From NCBI GenBank assembly GCA_900617105.1, contig UYFQ01000456.1, positions 1-34,970 of the forward strand: DNA of 34,970 bases, given 5' to 3'. Below, piece by piece: positions 12,101 to 25,100 of the stretch; the stretch's first letter is position 1, and each line of letters begins with the position of its first letter. The DNA comes from Hydrurus foetidus. Its lineage: Eukaryota. The notes beneath the pieces are model-generated. The model saw only the letters and a program-made list of their open reading frames with translations. It had not been told where the DNA came from and made no database searches. Made by a program: the position numbers and the translations under genes.

Positions 12101-12890
12101 TCAAAATGTGAAGATGGCCATTCACTGCTGCAAGGTGCAGAGAATTATTGCCAAGGTGGTCCCTGTCATTCGCAGAATATCCATCGAGTAACAGAAGCCA
12201 CACAGCTCTTAAGTGTCCCTTTACAACAGCCCATTGAAGAGGTGTATTGAGGAGAAGATTGGTAGACGTCTCCAAGTAGTATTCAATGTCCTCCTCATCT
12301 TCTCCTTCCTGCGGTGAAGAATGCCTTTTCTTGCTCTCCCTATCCGTGTGATCAACTTCGTCATTCGCAGAGCTGTTGTCTGCAGTTTCATAATTCTGAT
12401 TCTCTCCATTTTCATCATTCTGAGCCAACTCTTCAAGATTTTTCTTCCCTTCTATTCCTAATGGACCCTTCTGGGATTTTCTATCCCTCGATTTTGCTTG
12501 CTTAAGCATGCGATGATACGGTGCACTTGCCCCGCATTCGACAAGCCTTTTCAGAAGCTGCATATTTCCATTCTTCGCTGCCCAATGTAGAGCCTGACAA
12601 AAATGCAGAAAATGAAAGCGCTAGTCATGCACACGGATCTCAAATCAACAAGATTGAACGACAGTAATTTACGTCGGCGTAGCCTGCATTATAGGTGATC
12701 ACGTAATACAATGTCTAAAGAACATCTGCAATGTCTACCGTCCAGCCGTTGTTGTTGTCGATGAAAGTAGGCGGAACTTGATCTGCTAGGAATCTCAGAA
12801 CTGTTTCTGTATCGTTTAACTTCGCAGCTTCATATAAATCTGGCTTCAGAAATCGAGGATCCTGATTTGCTGGTTCCTGCTTACGATTGT
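9136..12890 (-). CDS. Multi-exon (about 9) protein with N-terminal ankyrin repeats and a helical C-terminal region; start codon not resolved
   Basis: Ankyrin motifs DLYEAAK, GWT|ALHWAAKNGN, NTPLQWAVVKGH, GNNSLHLAAVNGH. GT-AG exons at approx 12739-12890, 12027-12593, 11549-11650, 11255-11363, 10778-11034, 10099-10280, 9806-9893, 9436-9580 and 9136-9306, ending KKKKGGKKTKKSS*. Confidence 0.8.
10367..10524. mobile_element. Degenerate intronic MITE-like inverted repeat
   Basis: ACCCCACACCATACTAAAAA / TTTTTAGTATGGTGTGGGGT arms plus outer AACTCAAAC / GTTTGAGTT arms. No clear TSD. Confidence 0.6.
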
Positions 12891-13149
12891 CGACAAGAAT
12901 TTGATGAAAACTTTGTGTCGCACATATTCATGATGAAATTCAGGTCGTACAAACTTAGCGATAACTTATTCTTTTGTCAAATTGAAACGCATGCTGCTGT
13001 AGCGCCAATCAAGAAATGCGCAACTTGTATTCTTGTTATAAAGAAAGTGACGACGTGATACGCGTCCAGTGAAATGCTATGTGAACACAATTCTATTTCA
13101 CCTCTCCTTCAGCAGGATCTTCATCCATTTTAAAGTCTCTTTCTTCAAT

Positions 13150-16100
13150 TTAATCTAGCTCCTCCCAGAACCACTGCATGCTGAGAGGAAATGGACTCTA
13201 CCGCATCATGGGGCGAAATCAATGAAGTGGTAAAGATGTAAAGATGTTCTGATGTGATTTCCATCATCTATCATCTATCATCTATCATCGATCAAGATCG
13301 ATCTTGAGAGATGATCGACGAAACGGTCGGAGAGGGTTCAGGCTCCTGGAACTATGGCCAACGATAGATTCCGAAGATTTCATTTGGGAGACTGCAGTAT
13401 ATACTTCGTAACTGAATGTGGCTTGTCATCCATGCCTTATGCTAAAAATTGTTTGTCGTGTGCAAGTGGCTAGCCTTTGTTTACTGCGTGCGCATCACAA
13501 GAGCCTTCTTGAGAAACGGATTCTGCAGATAATCTGAAGTGTCATCTGCTTCATAAAAATAATAACGTCACTTCCTGTGATTTTACACTCGTTTGCTCTT
13601 CAAAGTTCCATGAATGTATGTAAGGTCTGACAAGAAATCCTTAGTAATGTAATTTAGTAGAAATATTTGTAATACAGTGCATGGATCTTGGCTGCATGAA
13701 TACAAAGTAGCGCTGTGTCGCATTGCATAGTATTGAATTGATATGCCGCAACATACGGAATGGTATGCTACCTCATGGATTCTGACTGTTCCTTCAAGAG
13801 CGGTACCGCTGACCTCTGTAGCCGTTTCTCTTCCACTGCTGCGCGTGAGTATGCACCGAAGAGCACTTCCATTTCCTCTCTGTGTGTGCTGACTAGGTCA
13901 GAGTACAATGGGGAACTCCTCAACCCCCCTCCCTCTCTCTCTATCTCCGTGGCATCATCAGTGCCACTCGATCCCGTCCCAGTACCACTACTCTCTGCGC
14001 CTTCAAAGTCGATCAGTTCGAAGGTCAGCTTGACCAAACTAGATCTGCTGGAAGGGAGCTCCACTTCAACCACCTTACATCTCCCGCAGTACAGGAACTG
14101 AGCAGCGCCAGGTCGGGCGAATAGAAGCACTAATTTATCCGGAGTGGCCTCCTAGGAAAGGAAAGGGATAGGAGATAGAAGAGACGGTGAGAAAGTTGCC
14201 TCTCGGATGATATTGATGGCATTCAATTGTAGCGCATTTAGTTACCTCTGGTTTGCTGCTGTCTGCCACTGAATTAGGTGCAAGTAAACCTCTTGCTATC
14301 TCACTCTCACCGTCTGACACATCAAATAGAATAGAATACAATAGAATAGAGTCAGCCAACAGGTTTAAACGGCTGGTCTCAGAACTACTGTACGTTAGTA
14401 TTGGATATGTATCAGTTAACAATGATGCTGGATGTTGAGTATGTACGAGAACAATACAGTATAATATTTAAACACGTAATACTGATATGAAGTAACTAAT
14501 CACCTGCCCATCTCCTCGCATCGACAAACCATGTGAAGTACTGTCCGTCTATCAAGAACTGATTTGCGTACTTCCTCATCGAGGCTGGAGCTCTGATAGA
14601 TGAGGGAGAAAGAGAGTGCACGGAATTAATGGGGATAAGGTACATTATGTTATGCAAGGGTGGAGCAGTGTAGAATAGGAAAGGATGGGGAAACAGCTAG
14701 ATAATCGATAAGATTAGATGACATGATGTAAAATAAGAAGATAAAACAAGATAAATAAGATAAATAACCTTGAATAAATGGAGTTAAGCGGTAGATTAAG
14801 AAGGGGCAAGATCATGTAAGTTCGGAAAACCGACAAGACATATGAGAAAAAGACACAAACGAAAAGTGGAGCGAGGTTTCCGAGTAAAAGAAATACGTCA
14901 GCACTACTGCACACAGAGCAGGTTGATCTGAGGAGTGCTGCAATGCTGGCAGTCTACGAGATACACTTGAGGGGAACAAAGCGATAAGAAATAGAATGTC
15001 TGAGAAGTCCATCTAATGGATGACGAATTAATGAACAAAGGTGGGTAGCGATGATGAGCAGCTGTGAGTGTACCTGTCAGCACCGCCGTCATCAAAGCAG
15101 TTAATGAAGAGAATCATAGCATTGCCTATAGCAGCAACACCTGCAGGTGTATAATAGAAAATAATGGGGGAAAAGTAAATATTGAGGCAAGATGAATGAC
15201 ACTTATCGGAGGAAGTGAACGAAGTTTAGAGGGTTGTAATTTTGATATTTAATTATGAGAATTGCAGAGAAATGGGCGCATAAATTAAAGAAAAATGCTG
15301 GACAGAAATTCTGAAGTATTTTAATTGAACACAACACTAATGATATGTACTGAAACAAAAAGAAGGTGCTCAATCATATAAATAAAGGCAAGCTGAGCTT
15401 AGCCACGTTAATTTAAAATGTTTGAAAGAAGATAGAAGATAGTAATACCTGACCGGTCATTGAGCCCTTTCAGAGCGGCCACCTTTGCTTCTTCTAATAG
15501 GATAGATGGACTGTCGTAAGCAACACTAACAACTCCCTCTACCTCTACCTCTACCTCTCCTTTCTTTTCTCCCTCTACTGTACCTTGACTATCTTCTTCA
15601 CTATCTACTCCACTTCCACTATCTTCAACTACATTTGCCCTAGAAGTCTGATTGGAATCGTCTGAAATTTCAAGTGATGAATTCTGTGGCCCTACAGTCG
15701 CAGCAGCGTTATCTACACTGTTCTCCGCCACAGCATTACCGTCTACAATTGGGACTGACGAATCAACACCGTGTAACTCCGCCACTGAGAGGCAGAATTG
15801 AACGCACATGAATTTGGATTTCCCTGTTGGTCTTCCCAACAGCTGATACAGTCTGTGGTGGTTGACGATTAAAGAAGGTGCAACAGCAGGTTGGCCATTC
15901 TCTGTTCTACGTGTATTCTGCAGAGCGCTTTTTGTTCCGGTTCGAATAGGCGGGGAGAACAGATTGGATGCTGGAGTACAGGGAGTTTACGGTATAATGG
16001 TTAGATCCGTTATAACACACATCATTATTCAAGTTAGAGGGGGTTATGCTGATCTGTATGGAAGGAGTTGCTCGTGTACAATGATGTCAAAACCAGTTAT

Positions 16101-19100
16101 ATTTGGTACAATACTATCTCAGTGATTCAAAAGAGGTATAAGAAAGAGTAGATTACATTCCATTTAAAAAATACTGCTGACGATTTTTTTCTGATGTCAA
16201 GATGTCTAACAGATCTCCTACAGTGCGGTAAAATGTGCACAGATGTGTATAGCGATGTGTACTGTTTGTGCTGTCTATGGCTCACCGCTGAGCAGATCCG
16301 ATCTTGCCTCGAGGTCTCTACCCCTTTTGCCCATCTCCCTCTCCCTCTCCATCTCTGTACCTTCGTCATCACCGCTGAGAGAACGGTCCTGGGATACGAG
16401 GAGGAGATGTTGAAATGATTGCAGAGAGGAGGAGTTTTAGTGGAGTATAGTGAATTACTGTAAGGGAATGCCAGTAGAATAAGATGGGGTAGATTAGGGT
16501 AGAGTGGACCAAGGTACAAAAGTATAGATTAGAGTATAGAGTATAGATGTATAGAATAGGGGACGGTAGGGTAGAACGAACTGGAATGGTAACAGAATAT
16601 CTTAGCGCACAATTTACGCTACATGCCAAGTACAAAGCTTCCATTTTTCTTAAGCGGTGAGGATTCAGTCTACAACGCATGGAATTAAGTATGGCATTGC
16701 AGTCGTATACGATTTTAACAATTTCACTGAACAATGTGGAACATGCTATTCCAGGCATTTCCTTCCCAAATGCGTTACAGAGTAAATTGGGATAGGTAAG
16801 GTTGTAGCGTAAGTACATATATCTTGCACACAATTTCCGTACGTACTTTCTGTAGTGTGGGTGCGGAAGGCTCTTTCTTTCCCCCAAAGGTCCAGGATTG
16901 AATAGAAAGAATAGTCTCTAAAACTAGCCGGTTCTTGCCGTTAGTTACCGGAGTTCTCAGAATAGCTCCGGTTAATTTCTCCTCCTCATCATAGCTTAAC
17001 TCATTGCTTCCTACCTTCACGTGCTCCTCATCATTGCCAGCCTGTCGATCGAATTAATAATATTGAGAAAGGGATTAATTTATTACGTATAAATTAATCA
17101 GTCATTTGGCATGTGCAGAAGAATCCAGATTCGAGAAATCAGAAGAGGTTTGAGTGTTACGTGCCTCGTAACTCCCCTCTGCATCTTCATGTAGAGCGAC
17201 TTCCTGAGACTCTTTTTCCTCTTCCATCTCCTTCTCCCTCTCCATCTCCCTCTCCGTCTCTGTAGGGTCTAGGGGTGTCAGCTGGGCAGCAGTGCTGTCT
17301 GTGGTTATCACTGCACTAGTGCGTGAGTCGACAGGAGGGGCGAAGAAAGGGTGTTTTGTATGCAGTATGGAGAATTTGTAGTTTACACGTAGACGGGGCA
17401 TCTACAGATAGATGAGGGAAAAGGAGAGAAAAGAGGAGATTAGTTAGACTACTTGATATGGACAGAAAAGGGACTTTCTCACAGTGAGGAATCTAGTAAA
17501 GGATATATTAAGAATATGTTACACTTCAAGAAATCCGTATGTTATCATGTTTTAACAACTCTAGGAACAGGAACAGCGTCACTCGACAGATCAAGGAACG
17601 TGTTTAATTGCTGATCCACTTTTAATCTGGACCCACCCCTATACACGACAATTCACACATAGAAACTGTACCGTACAGTTTTCAGTTTTCAGTACGGCAC
17701 ACTTAATTCTCGTTATAGGGGTGGGTCCAGATTGAAAATGAATGTATGATGAACTAGGAGCTTTGCGCGGTATCGCGTATTGTAGAAGCAGCATTGGAAA
17801 GGAACATGCAATGTACAGTACAGCTGCTTACCTTGTCGAAGAGATTTCTCACTGAGGAGAGTGCGGATGCGGGACTGGAGAGCAAGCAGTCGAAGAGCTT
17901 CAACAGCACAGCTGCATCAAGTGCAGCATACGTCACCTGAAGTGTGTGTGTTTGTATTTGTGTGTGTTTAGGGAGGGGGGGTTTAGTGAGGGATGTGATG
18001 TGGTGAGGTGAGATGTGGTGAGATGTGGTTTTGCTTGGGTTGCAGGATGTGATTGTGTGGGGCGGTGCGAAGATCGAAACGCACGTGAATTGAGGCGAAG
18101 TGGCCTCATGTGCACTAGGACACGAAAGGAGATGTGGCAAGGATGTGATGTGATGTGAGGTGAGGTGAATAGAATTATACAGTGTGTTGCATGCAGTGAG
18201 TGTGGACATGTGAAACAAAATTGAGCAGCGTTATCCCTATACACAAGCAGTGATGTGATGTGATGTGATGTGATGTGTTGTGATGTGATAGGAACAACTC
18301 TGTCAATCGCCACTCACAAACCCCTACGAATCATCTTCGATTACACCCTGGTCACAACATCACTGACATCTTCGCAACAATAAATCTACAAACCAACAAG
18401 TGATTCCTAACAAGGGCCGTACCTGATCAGCGGTGAGCGGCCTAACGTGCCAAGGGGAGCACTGCTGGGTTTTGTTCAGTCTGACCCCGAGAGCTACCCC
18501 ACACAGCTTGGTGAGACTGAGATCCACAGAAGGTGCGCGTGGAAGAGTAGATGTAGGATCGACCGCACGGCCCTTAAGGGTAGAGAATGAGAATGAAGTC
18601 AAAAATCGCTTTGAAAATCCTGTAATATAAGCCTATTTTATTGCTCTGCAAATCCTTTTTTTATACTGCTCAATTCAAAGTTCATAGACGGTCAAATATA
18701 TGGATTATAGAAAATCGGTGTGGTTTGATATACATCCGAAGACAAGAAGTTACCTGGGGGAAGGCTGCTTTGCTGAGGGGTGCGAGGTCGATGACGTGTG
18801 TGACTCGTTGAAAGCACAGCATGTGCGGGTACGATGCGGCCAACTTACGTAAATCTTGCTCAACAGAAAACCCTACAGGGATACATCAAGAAATATGAAT
18901 GCCGATGAGGAGGGGTGTGATGAGTGCATTTGGGGAGGTGTGAATGGAGGCATGATTTTATGCGAAAATGAGTCAGGGAAAGAACGGAAGAAACGAGATA
19001 CAAACATAGCAATCAAAATCCGTGGGTGGATGAAATGCAACAAAAAAGAAGACTTTCGGTAGAAAAAGAAAAGCAAAAGCGATGGAGAGAAGTAAGATTA

Positions 19101-19127
19101 AAGGGACAGCTGGAAAGAATAAATAGA

Positions 19128-19162
<35 letters not shown>

Positions 19163-22100
19163 ATAGGGTTGAGTGGCAACAGAATACGAGAGAAGCAACA
19201 GAGGTCTAGACACTGTGCGTACAGAAAATACAGAGTATCTCAAGGAACGTGTTCAATTGCTGATCCACTTTTAATGCCAGACCCAGCCCTATAAACGACA
19301 ATCCACACATTCTCTGTACCGTACAGGCAAAAAAAATAGTACGGTACAGAGAGTGTGTGGATTGTCGTTTATAGGGGTGGGTCTGGCATTGAAAGTGGAT
19401 CAGCAATTAAACATGTTCCTTGATCTTTACTGGTCGGATCTGTCACGTACGCAGCGACTTTACACAAGTTGAATTACAGATGGAGTGAGAAGTAAAGTGT
19501 ATGAATCATTCAAATGACGAGCGCTATGGAAAGTGGGATATTGAAGTGTAATTAAATTTTAAATGTGTTCGTACCCAGTATGGCTATCCTATTATGAGAG
19601 AATAATTCGCCCACAGCAGCACACAGAGCCGCCTCTTCTTCGTTCAGTGTTCCTTGAGATACCGGGAATATTCTGTATTCCTCTTCGTTGGTAGGAGCTG
19701 TCGAGTTGTATTGGGTGTTTTCCGCATTGTTCTCGTCTGCTGACTGTATTTCATATACACTGCTAATGCGAGGGATATCAACAACAGCACCGTTTATATC
19801 ATCACCACTAAGACCTTGACTCCCCTTATCTTCATCAATTATTCTAGTGACGTCACCCGAGAGCGCGAGCATATCAACGATAAACACCTCATCTCTCAAG
19901 GCAAGTTGAAGTGTCGCCACTGGATAATCAGATTTGGGCCCTTGATTCATATTCTCCAACAGTTTTGCTTTTGCTCCGTATACTCGGGGTCGCCATTCGC
20001 AGTCCAAACCCACCGCACACAGGTCTGTACAAGGCAGCAATTAGCAGTGTCAAAACAGCGATAGATATAGCAGGTGCAGAGAGTGATAATACAGCCTTAT
20101 CTTACGGTGGAGCAATGTTGATGATAGATAAATAAATAAACAAACACATGTAAACAAATAAACAAATAAACAAACAAACAAACATACATACATACATAAA
20201 AGAAAGTACATAAACAAACATACATAAAAGAAAGTACATAAACATACATACATAAAAGAAAGTACATAAACATACATACATAAAAGAAAGTACATAAACA
20301 TACATACATAAAAGAAAGTACATAAACATACATACATAAAAGAAAGTACATAAACATACATACATAAAAGAAAGTACATAAACATGCATACATAAAAGAA
20401 AGTACATAAACATACATACATAAAAGAAAGTACATAAACATACATACATAAAAGAAAGTACATAAACATACATACATAAAAGAAAGTACATAAACAAACA
20501 TACATAAAAGAAAGTACATAAAGATCCATACATAAAAGAAAGTACATAAAGATACATAAACATACGTGAGTGAGTGAGTTGTTAAACGAGGAAAGAAAAA
20601 CGAAATATTGAAAGGAAGTCAAGAGTAGGACAGGACATGTTAAAGTGAACAGATAAACAGAGACACTGGTGACGTAAATAGATGTAAATGGCGTCAACTT
20701 ACCTTCCATCGCTGATCCAGAGGAAGAAGCCTGTTTAGAAAGATTCCTAACAGCTTCAGCAAAGCGAAGAATCTTGGGCAGATCATCCACAACAGTTACT
20801 GGCATAGGGGTAGGAAGGGGGACAGAGGTAGAGGTAGGGGATGCATCACTGATTGCGTTGGACAGTGCTCCAGATCCAATGATGTTGATAGTCTCCATTG
20901 TAAGCACAGGCAGTTCATCTCTCTCTGCTACGGTGTTCTCGCTAGTGTCAAGTCCATCCTGCACTGAGCTTTGTCCTTCACCCACACCCTGCACCGCCCC
21001 CATCACCCCCTCTGTTTTCCCTTCTGCACTCCCACTCTGTGGGTCGTAAATACGGTCCATAAAATTATCATCTAGACTTGTGGATTTCGGACCGTCCCTT
21101 CCGATCCCCTTGGGTCTGGAACTGGGTGGTCCAGGGACCCCTGAACCTAGTACTAAATCGTACACGCTTGCAGGAGCGGTTTCGATAAAGTTTTCTTGGA
21201 GCACTCGAATACGACTGACAACGAAATCCATGGTCTTGAATTCTTCCAGATTTTGTCGACCTTTTTCGCCGTTAGCACCTTGAGGTATTAGATATGCTGA
21301 TTAGGAAGGTGGGTTTAGAAAATGGGACGTAATGTTATTGTGTAAATGATGGTGAAACATCATTCTGCGCTTCTAATGCTTCAAAAGGAAAAAACAGAAT
21401 ACATTAACATCAAAGATAAACAGAACACAGTACTTAATAAGATGAAATATCATGCAGTATTCAATGCACGTACAGTACGGTGCAGTACGTTACCTAGGCG
21501 TCCACTGACAAGCACCAGTTGGCCGCACTTTAAATTCTTGCAGAAAGCTGTCGCAACTTCCTCTCCCAACTCTTCTCTCATGGTTTTTCCAATAACTAGT
21601 TGCAACGCATGGGGATCGGCTAACATGTTACTACTATCTTTTTTAGGTGCGACAAATCCAGGCGAAGTGTAATTGAAGATTTTATCGTTTTCTCTGTTTC
21701 TGTTAACTTTACTGGAGTAGATATTTTCGGAGTCTACTAGATCAGGCGCTGTCGGAACGATGTCGCAATTTAAAGGTGCGGAGGCCATCCATGCGTACTT
21801 GTCCAAATCCTATTGATTTTATCCGGTAATTTTTATCAAATATCATAACACTTATTGAATTATGTTATGTTTACGCAGCTCAAAAATATAGTACAAGTTT
21901 GAATAAAGTCTGGCAGTCAAATAGCCTCAGTAGACGATGCAATCGACCAAATAAAAAAAACATCTCTGAACAACAGTTATATGAATTGCACACTAATTCA
22001 CAACCTTACCCCCATTTGTTCAACGATCATTCCTTCCCTCGGGGGAATGATGTTGGCAAACACTAACGCTTTGCCTATTTGTCTCTTCGAAATAATCACT

Positions 22101-25100
22101 CCTGCAGGCACGATCAACGCAAATTTAATTTATCATGCTAAATGACGCTACTTGCAGTGAGAAGAATTGAATTGAATCATATTTGTTGCGGTGATAATGT
22201 AAAGGGTGATCATGTTACAACTGGTCTACGATCATATTCCTCGCAGAAGATGGATATCGAACAAGAGGTTGCACAAAGGACCGCCACAAGATTGGAGTAT
22301 TGTTTGATAATTATTTTGTCTTGCGTAGTTTATGTAATTTACTGCAGAATGCTGCAGAATAACCGATTACTCTGTTCCGGTATAGTTACGGAGTGAGTCA
22401 TTATGTTTTGCGTCATTACATCAAGCTTTCAGCGCAAATACAAGAAATTAAAACAAACACGGTATTACCCACATTGTCCAAATGATCATAATCATGGTGT
22501 TGTATGGATGCGAAGTAAGATGTATGCGGACATTGTGACTCACCTACTATGTGCACCATGCCGGTAACAGCATCAATGCACGGAAGGGGAACGCTCTCTA
22601 GTTGCTTGATGCGCTCTTCGTATCTCTCCGCTTCAGTGAGCGTAGCGGGAGATACCCAATTGAATTCATTAAGCATATCAGCCTTGGAGGGAATAGATAC
22701 TGGGACCATTCCGGGGATTATGTCTGAGACAGAAGGGGTGGAGATAGAGGTAGAGGTGGAGGGGGCAGGGGTGGATTGGGGGTCGGTGGTGCTTGTTTGT
22801 GCGATACTTTGGATTTCAATGTCTCTGACTGGTGGTCTTACTAGATCCCCCCCACTCATCACTACTCCCTCACCCTCCACACCTCCTCCTTCTCCTCCTC
22901 CTCCAGTGATTCCATCCTCTACAGCCGTATTTGATCCACTCTCCTCGGCACATTTATCTCCGCTAATTTGGGACCAGTACTGTCTTCTTCGTGTGTCCTC
23001 TGTTGTTGGGAACATGCTACGCAATCTTCCACTTGCATCTACTTGAGACCCGCCCGCACTATCGTCACCAACTACAGCACTTGAAGTTGATGTTGAAGTT
23101 GGGTTTATTTGTTCCAGTGCAGCAGCTGTCTCTGCTCTGTTTCGATTGTTGTTGTTGCTGCGTGATACAGTAACGATTAGACGATTAGTCATTACATCAC
23201 ATCCTAAGCACAATACGAATAAACATAGGTATTTAAAAGTTATAAAATATATCTTAAATACATATATTTTAGCGATTCATAATAAATATCGAACACGATT
23301 GAAATTGCATAGATAACACCTTCTTCTATCAAGACAATGCGGTTGATAATCTGCTCCGTGACTCGTTCAACAATCGGAACGATAACGGCATATTTTATCC
23401 GTCTCATTCTTACCACATTATTTCTCTGAACATGGGAGTGGTGGGATGTACGCTACGCACACGTACAGTAGTGTCGCCACTGATAGCAGCGTCTGTCAAA
23501 GCTGCAATATCTGAAGTGACGAAGAAAAGAAAAGAATGAAGATATATTGAGGTGTACGTACGTGTATTGATGTTGGGGCAAGGCATAATTTTAATTCATT
23601 TTAATTCTTAATAATGTATACTTAGTCTCCTGTGATTCACTGCTATTCCAAGTGAAATGGGTGACATTTGATACCCAACTAAATTCAAAAATTCTCGAAA
23701 ACAAGCTTTTTGTGTAGAGTTGACTTTTATGAAGTAAATGGGATGGACATGAGCGGGAGAGTGTTCGAGGCGCAGTGCATTATAGCATACACTCTTATGA
23801 ATTATGCTCAACTCTTTTTTGTGTCGAACGTAATCAACCTATAGGAGATACAATCTAAAGAGAGACATGCTGTTATTGAGAATGTAGTTAAGATTTTTTA
23901 GCGCTCTTGACAGGATGCACTGTACCGTATATGTCTCATATCAATGCCACCTTCATCGAACCTAACTACGTTATACCCTATTCTTATGATGTATGTCTTT
24001 TCATACCACAACACAATTTATCAGGTCATTTGACATCACACTGTATAACATCGACTTCTCCTCTCTTCTTTTCTCTTTTCTTCTCTATTTTACCCTGACT
24101 TATCTTACCCTCACCTCCCTACCCTTGACTGATCTTATCGTGATAAACATTATCTGAACTTATCTATCCGCTTATCCCAGCATTATCTTGTATTATCTCA
24201 TGTCAGTGAAATTCATCTCCATTTTCAGGGTCGTGTTTAATTTATTCATTCGACGTTTTTGATCGGGTACCAGCCCCCCACACAACAACACACAGCATTC
24301 TTCATGACTGAAAAAAATTTATTCCCAAGGGGACCGCCCTGCATGAAAAATGCTGTGTTGTTGTGTGGGGGTCTGGCACCCGATTAAAAACGACAAATGA
24401 ATAAATTAAACACGACCCTTGATCTAGAAACAACAAACGCACATTACTCATGACTAATTACACCTACACCTTCTTGATCCTCACCTTGTGAGCTCTCTGC
24501 TGTGCGGAATGGATTGTCACCCATATTGACGTCATCTAGGAATCTAGGGTCTAGGTCCCCATAGGGTTTGCCATCGCTGTGGCTCAGACGGTAATTATCC
24601 CAGGGAAGCTGAAATAAAGAACAGTGATTTTACTTTAGAGATTTACATTGCAATTGCAATTCAAGGATTCGAATAAAAAGAACGATAATGTACAGAGTGA
24701 AAAGCAGATAATTAATAATGTTAGCCTGTATGATCAGTATTACAATCAGCAACAAATATTATCAGAAAATAAGTGTCTCATTAAATCTCACCTCTTTTTG
24801 CGCTTTTTCTGCTTCTTCGATTAACATGATGGTTTCTTCTTTAAGATGACTCACAGCAAGACTTAAAGGTGTCTGTCCTTTATTATTCACAATTTTCACT
24901 TTTGCACCTCTTTTTAAGAATTCTAGTACAATTTCATCTCTGTTTCTTGTGATGGAGAAGAAAAGTGCACTCTTTCCGTAATTGCCTATTATTTCAAATT
25001 ACGGCTTCTGTGAAGAACGGTATGTAGGTATGAAGTTGGAGATCTTTGGAAGTGATTCTACTTACAATATTAATAGACTATAATAGATAACATTTTACTA

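Noticed and set aside
13262..13320. 16-bp palindrome TCAAGATCGATCTTGA beside (ATCATCT)n
   Set aside because: Short, within low-complexity ATC-rich intronic sequence, with no other support.
17933..19243. His/Thr-rich and YLFI-repeat ORFs
   Set aside because: Translations of intronic (GATGT)n and (TAAA)n microsatellites.
20195..20558. CRISPR-like array or Cys/Met/Tyr-rich membrane protein ORFs
   Set aside because: Units are head-to-tail with no spacers and lie in an intron (donor ~20702). The MYVCLCTFFY peptides are repeat translation artefacts.
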